Source: Octopus sinensis
Taxonomy: Eukaryota
Assembly: GCF_006345805.1 (NCBI RefSeq)
Contig: NC_043015.1
Span: 7,688,001 to 7,752,000 of the forward strand
Reading direction: 5' to 3'
Length of the DNA stretch: 64,000 nucleotides
Under the pieces are notes generated by a model that was not told the origin of the DNA, did not search any database, and was given only the letters and a program-made list of their open reading frames with translations. The first letter of the stretch is position 1; each line of letters opens with the position of its first letter. This document shows, piece by piece, positions 13,377 through 26,540 of this stretch. The translations under genes were made by a program, and so were the position numbers.

Positions 13377-13769
13377 ATTCAATTTCATATACAATTGAGT
13401 CGAAAGAACCGATGAGACAGGAGTCCTCGGTACATGCTGAAAATTACATGGTCTGTTGAAGTAGAATTTCTATTTAGAATTGTATGTCACTCTAAAAATA
13501 CCTACCAGAACAAAACGAATGTCGGTATTATGTGAGTCTCGTAAAATAGGTGCGCAGATTTGACAAATATTCTATATGCTATAGATGGAGATGCACCAGT
13601 ATTTACATTACAATATGCAGGGAACCTAAGTGGGAACCATTATCAGAAAAATGTCAGACAGAATGTCTTAGAAAATGAGAGTTGTATAAAAGAATGAAGG
13701 ATCACAAAAGCAACATTATAAGCAACTCAGAATGCAAAGTAACAAATTCAACGAAATGGAAAATTGCCA

Positions 13770-15130
13770 TAGGGAACTACACATTTCTAGTAAAGACCGA
13801 CAACAGTACGCCCATCATACAGTAGATGAATAATGAGAATAACTATCAAGAAATGGGCAAAAGTATGCTTGCAAGAAAATACCCCCAGTTCCACGACTAT
13901 TCAGTCTGGGTAAAATAAAGAAATCATGAAACCTTTGATACCAAGAGAGGTAGTTATGCCGGGGAAAAGTCACTTGGAATAGAAGGGATAAATATCCTAG
14001 AATAAACAAAACATCCATGGAACGCAACATAGGCCCATAAGAAACGGACTGCCTACCGAAATCGTACAATATGAAATGATGACTTGTGTTGGAGAAACCT
14101 AGTTCATTCCTTTAAAGAGTTTGATAATTAGATAAAAATCAAGTCCAACCTATTCAGAATAACTACCTGCAGGTGAAATTAAATCTGAAAACTAGGAAGG
14201 AACAACTCCATAGAAAGCTTAACTCAAAAAGTACCAGTATATATAAAGATCAAATCTACACAGTATCGACGATCAGAAACACGGTCAAGGATATAAGGCA
14301 TAAAATTAACAATTTCGTATGACAACGAAATATTTCATTAGCTGTAGCATTCTCAGATCAAGCGGTGGCAAGTACATTCAAATGAAAAGTGCAATACATA
14401 TTTAAGACACCCTAGTCAAACAATAAACTACTCTTTAGATATAATGTAGAACCATAGTTATTTCTTTACTACCCGCAAGGGGCTAAGCATAGAGAGGACA
14501 AACAAGGACAGACAAACGGATTAAGACGGTTATATCGGCCCCAGTGCGTAACTGGTACTTAATTTATCGACCCCGAAAGGATGAAAGGTAAAGTCGACCT
14601 CGTCGGATTTTGAACTCAGAACGTGATGCCAGACGAAATACGGCTACGCTTTTCGCCCGGCGTGCTAAAGTTTCTGCCAACTCGCCGCCTTCATAATGTA
14701 GTAACATAGTGACACTCCTTCATAACACTAGCTAGCAGACACATCCCAAAAGAATATGAGAGAAAGTATTCGACAATAACTACAAAGTATTTTTTAAAGT
14801 TTGCACATACAACACATAACGAATAGAACAAGTAACATATCCAAAACAAAAGTGACGTCTCTATCTGAATATGCATAGGAATTATATGAAAACACATTGC
14901 AATCATGGGCGGGAAATAATACACTGCGCAGTATGGCACATAAATCAATGCACCAGAGTAAAATATCATTATCAAATACAATAAACACGCAAAGGCATTT
15001 TGAACAAAATGAATGAAAGCATATCACGCAGCAGAGACTAAAAGAAAATCCTCTTCCAATAAATGGCTATAAAGCAGAAAATATCCACATGCACTCATAC
15101 ATACAGACCTGGAACCATAAAAATTCAAAC
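13770..15130 (+). mobile_element. Decayed Penelope-like element RT, interrupted by a SINE
   Basis: Ordered motifs LVKTDNSTPIIQ*MNNENNYQEM (cf. IIK.ADKG.AVVIMD...Y), PRLFSLGKIKKS (cf. P.FYGLPKIHK), IGP*ETDCL (cf. RPIIAGP.CETHRL), GGKYIQMKSAI (cf. GKYY.Q..G.AMG). The 3' boundary is uncertain. Confidence 0.55.
14459..14690 (-). mobile_element. SINE family C, full length, with ~18-bp target-site duplication
   Basis: Reverse complement ggcggcgagttggcagaaactttagcacgccgggcgaaa..gttcaaaatcc..gaggtcgactttacctttcatcctttcggggtcgataaattaagtaccag. TSD ataatgtagaaccatagt (14441-14458) / ataatgtagtaacatagt (14693-14710). Confidence 0.9.
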
Positions 15131-15794
15131 ACCACATGCAATATAATTGTGCAGTTAATATTAATAATATAGGTATAATAAATTCATAATAAGAAAATAT
15201 ATATCTATATAAACATGTATAAGCGTATGGGCAATCCGCAACTGTAAATCTTCGGGTATAGATTTAAAACCAAATATATTACAGTCTTTGTTTTAATACG
15301 TATTTATCCTGCAAATATTATAATACTCCAGTAATCATGTATATATATATAAATATATATGAATGTATGTAATACTCGCATAAACACATACACATATGTA
15401 TCTCAAATACTCTAATCATAGCCACCAGGCAGGCGAAATTAAACCAATGATCACACTCCTCGGTTAGAATGGCGTTCAAATCACTTAGATATTTAGTGCT
15501 ATTCATAAGTAAACATCGTCTTTACAAACGCAGTACTATGAAGTAAGGAGAAATTCGCAATAGTTACTAAATAAAAGGATGACCAAATTTATTTTAAAAC
15601 TTGTCAAATCGTAACCGAAAAAGGACAGAAAATATCACAGTCAACCAGTATACGCAAACAACAAATCAATTTACAATCATTTGAATATACAATGGCGACC
15701 AAGTATAAGCATATCACTAAGTACGAATCGGAAAATTTCTTATCTGAAATCGTGAAACAGGAAATGGGAGTCGTGAAGTTCAAAACATCAATTT

Positions 15795-15833
<39 letters not shown>

Positions 15834-15842
15834 GATAAACTT

Positions 15843-16104
15843 TGCCCTTTTCAAGCCTAGCCAGGCTCATGAGCCCGGTTGCCCACCAGTCCATCGCAGC
15901 GTTACTCAAGAAACAGGAAAAGAGAGTGAGAGATGGTTGTGGCGAAAGAGTACAGCAGGGGTCACAACCATCCCCTGCCGGAGCCTCGTGGAGCTTTTAG
16001 GTGTTTTCGTTCAATAAGCACACACAACGCCCGATCCGGGAATCGAAACCGTGATCCTCCTACCGCGAGTCCGCTGCCCTAACCACTGGGCCATTGTGCC
16101 TCCA
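15843..16104 (-). mobile_element. SINE family B, tail type 2
   Basis: Reverse-complement head tggaggcacaatggcccagtggttagggcagcggactcgc; tail gtaacgctgcgatggactgg..catgagcctggctaggcttg; (TA)n on both sides. Confidence 0.85.
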
Positions 16105-16979
16105 CATATATATATATATATATATATATTTACTATATTTTATATGTATATATTTTATATATATATATATATGTCTGGGTGTGTGTGTGTGTATAATAGT
16201 AGTGTGGATATTGAGCATCCTAGCTCAGTCGTTCTTTTACGAAATCGCACTTACGAGGAATGATAAGCAAATGTTGTGAATTAGAACGTTTGCCAGCCTG
16301 AAGAATTCTCATTCTAAAAAAAAAGTCATTCGTTTTTACAATGGAGAGGCTATATCAAGAACAGTGGATGTACAAGTTAATTTTGCCATCAAAGAATGGC
16401 AACTATATCCCCATCAAATATTTCCTTAATGCGTAAGAATGAAATAAGTACATTATATCTGATCGAAAACTACGATGGTATTGCCTCGGCTTGAACACTT
16501 ACAAATGAATCTGCTCAGATACTTAAATATATAGTTGAAAAACAGAAGCAGCATATATTTACTGAGCTAGTGTATACGGATTCATATAATTTTAGCACTG
16601 AATATAAATCATCAAATGCTGGATAATCGCCTTCTCTTGAATTCGATTAGTAATTAAATTCACATGCATGCACCGATCTTCATAAACAGAAATTCATACG
16701 TACATAAATAAAAACGGTAACACAATATGAACAAATATAGACAAATTTACAGAGAAATATACCCATGCGTCAAGATTCATATATGCGTTTGTGCATAAAG
16801 TATATGAAAATATATATATATGAGTAGAGAGAAAGTGATTTTATATAACGCCGTGAGTCCCAAGCGAGGAGAATTCAGCCGGAATGTTGCTTGGGTTTCT
16901 AAGGCAATAATCGAATAAGAGAAAAATGTTTATCTGGGCAAGTCCAACGCAACTATCAGAAAATCTATTCAAAATAAGT

Positions 16980-17046
16980 GTATTCATGACATCTAACCAA
17001 GAAATATATAGTATTCATGACATCTAGCGAAGAAATATATAGTATT
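16980..17046. repeat. 31-bp tandem duplication (about 2.2 copies)
   Basis: gtattcatgacatctaaccaagaaatatata followed by gtattcatgacatctagcgaagaaatatata and gtatt. Confidence 0.9.
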
Positions 17047-19781
17047 TATTAGATTCTTACACATACAGAACACAGAAAAATGGTTTCAACCGATATAAAC
17101 ACAGCATTGTTGATTTTTCTGTCTTTTTTTCTTCACGTTTCCTTTTAGAATTTGGAGTATACCTTCTATTCATCAATCAGGCATCTACATTGACATATAC
17201 ACGCAATATTATTTATGTTATGGAGAATGTTTTTGTTCGAACTTTCTTGTCAAAATATTTCTTTATATCCATTAATAAGAATCTGAGATTTCTTACCACA
17301 TACAAGTCTTTTATATATAAATTTATATATGTAGAATCTAATGTAATTAACACTAAATTGATTTTCATATGATATATTACTGCATATTTGTTATTGCTGT
17401 TGTTGATTGTGTCCGTGTCTATGTTAGCGTTCACAGAATGGACGTATGATCAAAAGTGTTCCAGTCGTGATAATTTTGTTCATGCTCCGAGCATATCACA
17501 TGGGGAAATGCATTATTGAATGTATCCCATCCCAATCAGTGCTGCTGAGAGCCATAGGAAGTTAATAAAATTGTTATATCTAACAGTTTTAGCGAAAACT
17601 TGAGATCTTTCGTTTGCAATTTGAACCACGTAACGTAGATTAAATATATATCTGCTTTACTATAACCGAGAATATTACAGTTAAGTTTGTCGTCTACAAG
17701 TGAAAAAAAAACGGTCTATTTGTCTCCTATATTTTTACACTATATATAAACATAGTGACATAAACACTATTCTACATATTTGCTAGGATATTGCTACTTT
17801 TAAAACTCACGAAAATCTACACAATTAACTATTTTCAGGCCTTGAATAATTATATTTCTATAGAGCAGCGACATGCGGTCCAGCATATCTTGCGCATATA
17901 ACATCATTGGTGTCCATCGCTTTCAAAGCTTAGCTACTACCTATTTCTTTTTAAACGTCAAATACAGAAGAACCAGCTATAGTTCTAAATAAACAAGTAA
18001 TCTATTTATCCTTGAAAAGAATAAAGTAACATGTCTTCTCAGTCAGATTTGAACCCACTACAGAAACACCGTGAGCGAATATCTGAAGTTTTCTATCTGA
18101 TGTTGCATAATCTCTTTCATTTTATTGTCGTAATTATTTACCGAACGTAATTATTTCATTAGTATAATAGTAATCAGAACTGCGATAGAATAAAGTTGAA
18201 TCCATTATTCTTGTGGAAAAGCGTTCATGAACTTCTCGTTATTTTTGGTATCAGAGACTGCACTGACTAATTTACCCTCTTTTGAAAAGTGTAGATAAAG
18301 ATCTGAGGGAGATTTGAATATTAATTACTGCAGGTTAAACGACTGTGCAGAGGCTCTTTTGTTGTAATCAACGTACAGAACTGGCACCATAAAGCACATC
18401 ATACAGAATAATTTTAATTCAAAAGAAACATAAAACAAAGCGTTATGCATACCCAAGAAAGAGTGAGCTATTCTCGTTTGTGCAACGAAAGAAATGAATA
18501 CACAAACACCAGAAATATAATAATTATTATAAAAGTAAACAATAGAACAAAATTTTGCAAATATAATATTGTGATGGCATTAAAACTATTTAATCATGTT
18601 AAATCATAATTTAATTGGTTCTGGCGTTAATATTTGCTGCATAAAATGTCCGATATAAAATATTTAATTACAGATTTACAGCGAAAATATGCGCCACTTC
18701 ATTTTATGCGTGTGTGTGTGTTACAGAGAGAGAGAGAGATAGAGAGAGAGAGAACGAAAGAGAGAGTTAGATAGATAGATATAGTAAGAAAAAGTGCGAG
18801 AGAAGATGCATATATATATTTCTATTAATCTAACAATTCAATTGTTCGCGTTCTTTTTCCTTCTACACATACACCCACGTAGGTATAGGTGTGTGTAAGT
18901 GTGTGTGCGCGCATGTGTGTATGTGGGTGTGCACGCGCATGCATATGTGTGGGTATGTGTGCAGGCAAACACAAGAATAGTGAAATGAAGTAACGTAGGC
19001 TGGAGGGTACGCAAAATCTTTTGAATTAAAATGACAATAAATAATAATATTAGTGTTTGTAGATAAACATTAGTGCATAAATACGAGATGAGTAATTTTG
19101 ATTTTATTATTAAATATGAAAGATTTAAATCTAATAAATAATATCTAATAACAGTTAATCGTTTCGTAACTGCTAAACATATTTGAAAATTCAGATTCTT
19201 GACAATATCATTGGAGTTAATATTATATAAAAGACTATATTAATCTTATAATTACCAGGCATTTTTAGATGGGAGGGATTCCAGAAAAATCGATTTCAAC
19301 TCTAGAGAAATATTGCAATAAAAAGCCTGTCATTTGAAGTAAATGAAAACCATAAATATATTAAATTAGAGTGAAAAGATAGAGCAAGGATTGTTTATGT
19401 CCTTGTCTGTCTCTCTATCTGTCTGTCTGTCTATCAGTCTGCCTGTCTATCTCTCTACATGTATTTCTTTTTCGTGTACTTTTCTGCTCCTACCGAAATA
19501 GGTATAAATGAATCTATATTACTAGTCGTCTTGGGTATCATGATCTTGTAATTGTTTCCCTCCCATTCTGCTGTTAATGTATATGGATGCGCCGACATAT
19601 GTGACTGAATATTACGACGTATCTACACGTGAAATCAGATAACCGCTTGTTTATGTGAATGTGTGCATTCTTCTTCAAGTACGTTTAGATTTACGCATGA
19701 AATTATATAGAAATCGATATATATATATAATATATATATATATATCAAACTAAAATAAGCAGCAAGGATATCCAAAGGTAG

Positions 19782-19869
19782 TGTAGTACAATCGTTTCAT
19801 GCTACTTCATTTAATTAAACAATGTAAGTATTACATCAGTTTTAAAATGTAGAGCACTCTTCAGCCACA
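19782..19869 (-). ncRNA. Type I hammerhead ribozyme motif
   Basis: Minus strand: UGUGG-CUGAAGA-GUGC[insert]GCAU-GAAA-CGAUUG-UA^CUACA. Stem I is UGUGG/CUACA; stem III is the quasi-palindromic ACGAUUGU; cleavage triplet GUA. Confidence 0.75.
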
Positions 19870-20076
19870 TATGTAATTTTTAAAAATTTAATTAACAATG
19901 TTCATTATTATACTTATTCCATTTACTAATATTGCCCATGAGCTAAGGTCTTCTACTACCATGATTTTATTGATGAAATTCCCCTCTCTGCCTATATACG
20001 TACTCTCTTTGTAATATTGGCAAATGGAATAAGTATAATAATGAACATTGTTAATTTAATTTTAAAGATTCCATAT

Positions 20077-20162
20077 GTGGCTGAAGAGTGCACTACATCT
20101 TAAAACTGATGTAATGCTTACATTGTTTAATTAAATGAAGTAGCATGAAACGATTGTACTAT
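20077..20162 (+). ncRNA. Type I hammerhead ribozyme motif (second arm)
   Basis: GUGG-CUGAAGA(20081-87)-GUGC..GCAU-GAAA(20147-50)-CGAUUGUA^CUAU; predicted cut after 20158; stem I is weaker than in the other arm. Confidence 0.7.
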
Positions 20163-20315
20163 CCTACCTTTGGATATCCTTATTTTGATTATAATCAGAC
20201 CATTTGATTTATATGGATAATACAATACCACATTCTGGTGCCTTTAACTTAAGTACAATTTATATATATATATATATAATATATAATATATATACATATA
20301 TATACATATACATAC

Positions 20316-20367
<52 letters not shown>

Positions 20368-20378
20368 GGTACTTAAGT

Positions 20379-20433
<55 letters not shown>

Positions 20434-20603
20434 TACACATATATAAATGAAATTAAATTATCTAGTAATTTTTACCTGGTTTTATCTTGTCTATTTGCCT
20501 TCTCTCCGTGTTACTAGATGGACAACTAAGGTGGCTTTAGAGTCTGATCATGGCTGCTATTTTCAGCATGGTAGTATCTCGTAGATACCCTATTTTATAA
20601 TAG

Positions 20604-20654
<51 letters not shown>

Positions 20655-21367
20655 ATTCCAAGAAAGTTAGAGGTTGTGAATCCAACCAATATTACCCAAT
20701 TATTAATACACAAGTCCTTTTTCTAATTTTTAAAATTTTAGTAAATAAATAAATAAACTGACATGATATTACGTCTAAAAGTTGATGAAGCACCTATGGA
20801 GTATTGATCCTCTCCATGTTCATATTGCTCTTTCTCTCTCTCTCTCTCTGTCTCTCTCTCTGCTGTATATTATAATATATATATATATATAATATAATAT
20901 ATACATATATATATATAAGGGAGGGAGAGAGAGGGGGAGAGAGAAAGAAATGCAAACACTTCAGGTTTTTGCTTTTACTACAATTCAAACTGTTGAATAC
21001 ACACGCGACTTTTAGAAGCATAATGCCAATTTTTAAACGAAAGTAGATTAAAAAAATTAGAATGGTCAAAATTGAAACGGATCTGCAAACGACGTTGAAT
21101 AAATCTGCTAGAAATGCGTTAATTCTTTTATCTGTTCATTATATGCCACAATGACTAAAAGAGGATAAATAGTAAAACAGATGGTTGAAAGATAAATGTT
21201 CAATTTATATGTAAAAAAACAGGTAGACTGTTGTATATAACATATAGATATGTTAGTAGTCTTGTGTTCATGTTGTTCAAACTATATCTGCAAAGGATTT
21301 ATTTCAATTCAATATAATTGTAATTATATAGTATTTATCCTCATGTGCTCATACTCATAAATAGTGA

Positions 21368-21368
21368 C

Positions 21369-21399
<31 letters not shown>

Positions 21400-22454
21400 C
21401 ACGCAAATATATATACCTACAGGTACATGTGCATAAGCATATATATATATATATATATGTGCATAAGCATATATATATGTGCATATATATATTTATGTAT
21501 ATATGTATATATATATTTATGTATATATGTATATATGTATATATATATTTATGTATATATGTATATATATATATTTATGTATATATGTATATATATATAT
21601 ATATTTATGTATATACGTATATATATATATGTATACGTATATATATATATATAAGTATATATACATATGTATTTACGTTTATATATATGTATATATCCAT
21701 ATATAATACATATGTATATACGTTTATATATTATATATGCATATATATACATATGTATATACGTTTATATATGTATATATGCATATATATACATATGTAT
21801 ATCCGTATATATATATGTATATATACGTTGATATATATATGTATATATACTTATATATATTATATATATATATATATATATAATATATAGTGGTGATCCC
21901 GCTGTACACTTTCACCACTCTTTCTTCTGTTGGCCTGCTCGCTTAGCCAGCGGGTTGGCGTCATTCGAAGGCGAAAACAATGCGAACGCATTGTGACCAG
22001 CGATATGTAACTGCATCTGATGGACTGGTCGGTCACGTGATGATGATGATATACATATATATATATACATATATATATATACACATATATATATATATAT
22101 ACATATATACATATATATATACATATATATATATACATATATATATACATATATATATACACATATATATATACATATATATATACATATATATATACAC
22201 ATATATATATACATATATATATACATATATATATACATATATATATACATATATATATACACATATACATATACATATATATACACATATATATATATAT
22301 ACATATACATATATATACACATATATATATATATACATATACATATACATATATATATACATATACATATACATATATATATACATATACATATATATAT
22401 ACATATACATATACAAATATATATACATATACATATATATATATATACATATAC

Positions 22455-22486
<32 letters not shown>

Positions 22487-22498
22487 ATATACATATAC

Positions 22499-22530
<32 letters not shown>

Positions 22531-23237
22531 ATATACATGTATACATATACATATACATATATATACATATACATATATATACATATATACATATACATAT
22601 ATATATTTATACATATACATATACACATATACACATACACATATACACATACACATATATATACATATATATACATACATATATATATACATATATATAC
22701 ATACATATATACACATATATATATACACATATATATATACACATATATATATATACACATATATATATATATACACACATATATATATACACACATATAT
22801 ATATACACACATATATATATACACACATATATATATACACACATATATATATACACATATATATATACACATATTATATACATATATATATTACACATAT
22901 ATATATACAACATTATACACACATATATACACACATATACACACACATATATATACACATATATATATACACATATATATATACACATATATAATATACA
23001 CATATATACATACATACACACATATACATAATACATATATATACCTACATCTATATACATACATATAACATACATATTATACATACATATTATACATACA
23101 TATATCACATATATATATACATACATATATATACACATATATATACACACATATCTACACACAATATATACATATTAATACATACCGATTACTACATATA
23201 TACACATATATATACATACACTATACATACATATATA

Positions 23238-23275
<38 letters not shown>

Positions 23276-23304
23276 CATATATATATATACATATATATAT
23301 ATAC

Positions 23305-23399
<95 letters not shown>

Positions 23400-23435
23400 A
23401 TACATATATATATATATACATACATATATATATAC

Positions 23436-23466
<31 letters not shown>

Positions 23467-23632
23467 CATATATATATACATATATATATATATACATATA
23501 TATATACATATATATATACATATATACATAATACATATATATATATACATATATACATATATATATATACATATATACATATATACATATATATATAACA
23601 TATATACATATATATATATAATACATATAGAT

Positions 23633-23667
<35 letters not shown>

Positions 23668-23805
23668 TATATATACATATATATATACATATATACATAT
23701 ACATATATACATTATATATATTATATATACATATATATACATATATATATATAACTATATACATATATCATATATACATATATATATATATATACATATA
23801 TATAC

Positions 23806-23838
<33 letters not shown>

Positions 23839-23988
23839 CATATATACATATATACATATATATACATATATACATATATATACATATATATACATATATA
23901 CATATACAATATATACATATACATATATACATATATACATATATATATATACATATAATATATACATATATATATATACATATATTAC

Positions 23989-24040
<52 letters not shown>

Positions 24041-24935
24041 ATATATATATATACATATATATATAATACATATATATATATATACCTATATATATATATA
24101 CATATATATATATATAATTATATATATATATACATATATATATATCTACATATAATTATATATATATACATATATATATTCTACCATATATATATATACA
24201 TATATATATATATACATATATATATACATATATATATATATAACATATATATACATATATATATACATATATACATATATACATCTTATATATATACATA
24301 TATACATATATATATACATATATACATATATAACATATATATATACATATATAACATATATATATATATACATATATATTATATATATATACATATATCT
24401 ATATATATATATATATATATATACATATATATATACCATATATACATATACATATATACTATATATATAATATATATACATATATAACATTATTATATAA
24501 TATATACATATACATATATACATATATATATATATATACATATATATACATATATATATATATACATATTATATATAATACATATATACATATATACATA
24601 TATATACATATATACATATATATACATATATTACATATATACATATACATATATACATATACATATATACATATATACATATATATATATACATATATAT
24701 ATATAATATATATATATACATACATATACATATATATACATACATATATACATATACATATATATATATACTATATATATACATATATATATATACATAT
24801 ATATATATACATAATATATATACATATATATATATACATATATATATATACATATATATATATACATATATATATATACATATATATATATACATATATA
24901 TATATACATATATATATATACATATATATATATAC

Positions 24936-24994
<59 letters not shown>

Positions 24995-25215
24995 TATACA
25001 TATATATATATACATATATATATACATATATATATACATATATATATATATACACACTATATATATATATACATATATATATGTATATATATATGTATAT
25101 ATATATGTTTATATATATGTGTATTATATGTATATATATATGTTATATATATGTGCATATATATGTGTATATATATGGTGTATATATGTGTATATATATA
25201 TATATAATATATATG

Positions 25216-25257
<42 letters not shown>

Positions 25258-25300
25258 TATGCATATATACATATACATATGCATAGATGTATTTATAATA
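21368..25300. repeat. About 3.9-kb degenerate (TA)n-based compound array
   Basis: (TA)n with C or G interruptions; contains a SINE fragment; source of many spurious Y/I/M/C-rich ORFs. Confidence 0.95.
21890..22050 (+). mobile_element. SINE family B, tail type 1, 5'-truncated, inside the TA array
   Basis: Aligns with about 2503-2683 (ctctttcttctgttggcctgctcgcttagccagcggg..ctggtcggtcac); ends in (TGA)n. Confidence 0.85.
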
Positions 25301-25779
25301 TGAAATATAAGTTTGAGTGTAGTGTATATTAGTAAGAATTGACCTACCTTTCCTTCAGCTCATTCGGAATGGTACAATCCAGTAACAAGTCCAAAGAATT
25401 AAAGATACACTTACCTACAAGAAAAAATATGGAAAATATCAAACAATCTGCACGATGTTTGTACGCTATTACTTGAAATGGCAAACACGCTCTCTCTCGT
25501 TATCCTTCTCAACCTCTCCTTTTATACACGTATTTTAAAACATATTTAGGCAAATACAAATATATACGTAAGGATATGTATATCTATATCAATTACTGCC
25601 TGTCTTTCTCTTTCTTTTACTCTCTCTATCTCTTTCTCTGCTCATCTTTCACTTTATATATATACACCTACATATATACATACATAGATATCCATACACA
25701 CACACATATATATATATATAAGTAGATATAGATATATGTATATATATATATATATATATTATATATGTTATATTGAAGG

Positions 25780-25811
<32 letters not shown>

Positions 25812-26359
25812 TATATTCATATACACAAGCATATATGCATATATATACATATATACATACATGCATAAATATATATATATATATGGAGGTTAGAAGTTAT
25901 ATATTATCCTTTTGACATATTTTGTGTTATCCCAATTCCCTCTTTTCTCTTTCTCTCTCTCTTTCTCCCTGTACTTCTCTCATAATTATACTTATCCAAA
26001 ACTAACTTGCAGATATGGAGGTTCGAAAGTTTAGCCTTGGATGATGAGAGATATTTTGCTTTACAGAATAAGATATTGTATTAACAACACAGCCAGAAAT
26101 TTATAAGATAACATCGACCATGATATAATTGGAAATGAAATGATAAAGAGCCGTTTAAGTATTGTTGTAATTCATTTTGTCTGAATTCCTTTTTTGTATA
26201 TAATGTGCATTGTATTTCCGAGGTAACCCATTTAAGTCTGAATGTTTTTTTCCTGAGTTTTGGAGTAGATACACGTTTTCATTTTCATCAAAGAATGATT
26301 GTTTATTGTACAAACTTGGATCGACTCCAAAATGATGAAGCGCAAACTCTTCTGTATCT

Positions 26360-26540
26360 ATATTGGTATCAAACTTTTGCACAAGGCCAGTATTTTTCGA
26401 GTACGGTTGTAAGTCGATTACATCGACCCCAATGCTCAACTGGTACTTATTTTATTGACTTCATTATGATGAAACGGAAAGTCAACCACGACGTAATTTG
26501 AAATCTGAATATAAAGACAAACGAAATGCTGGTAAATATG
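26360..26540 (-). mobile_element. SINE family C, diverged
   Basis: gcacaaggccag..gtcgattacatcgacccc..aactggtacttattttattgac..aaagtcaacc..atttgaa. Confidence 0.75.

Larger units (their letters stand above)
19746..20260. mobile_element. Penelope-like pseudo-LTR with inverted partial copy, between (TA)n tracts
   Basis: Arms 19764-19935 and 20011-20181 are reverse complements (about 12 differences by manual count) with a 75-bp spacer. Each arm carries a hammerhead core. Confidence 0.7.

Noticed and set aside
16980-17046. 31-bp repeat as a possible CRISPR-like array
   Set aside because: Adjacent tandem copies with no spacers, in eukaryotic context; similar small duplications occur near 8525 and 26530.
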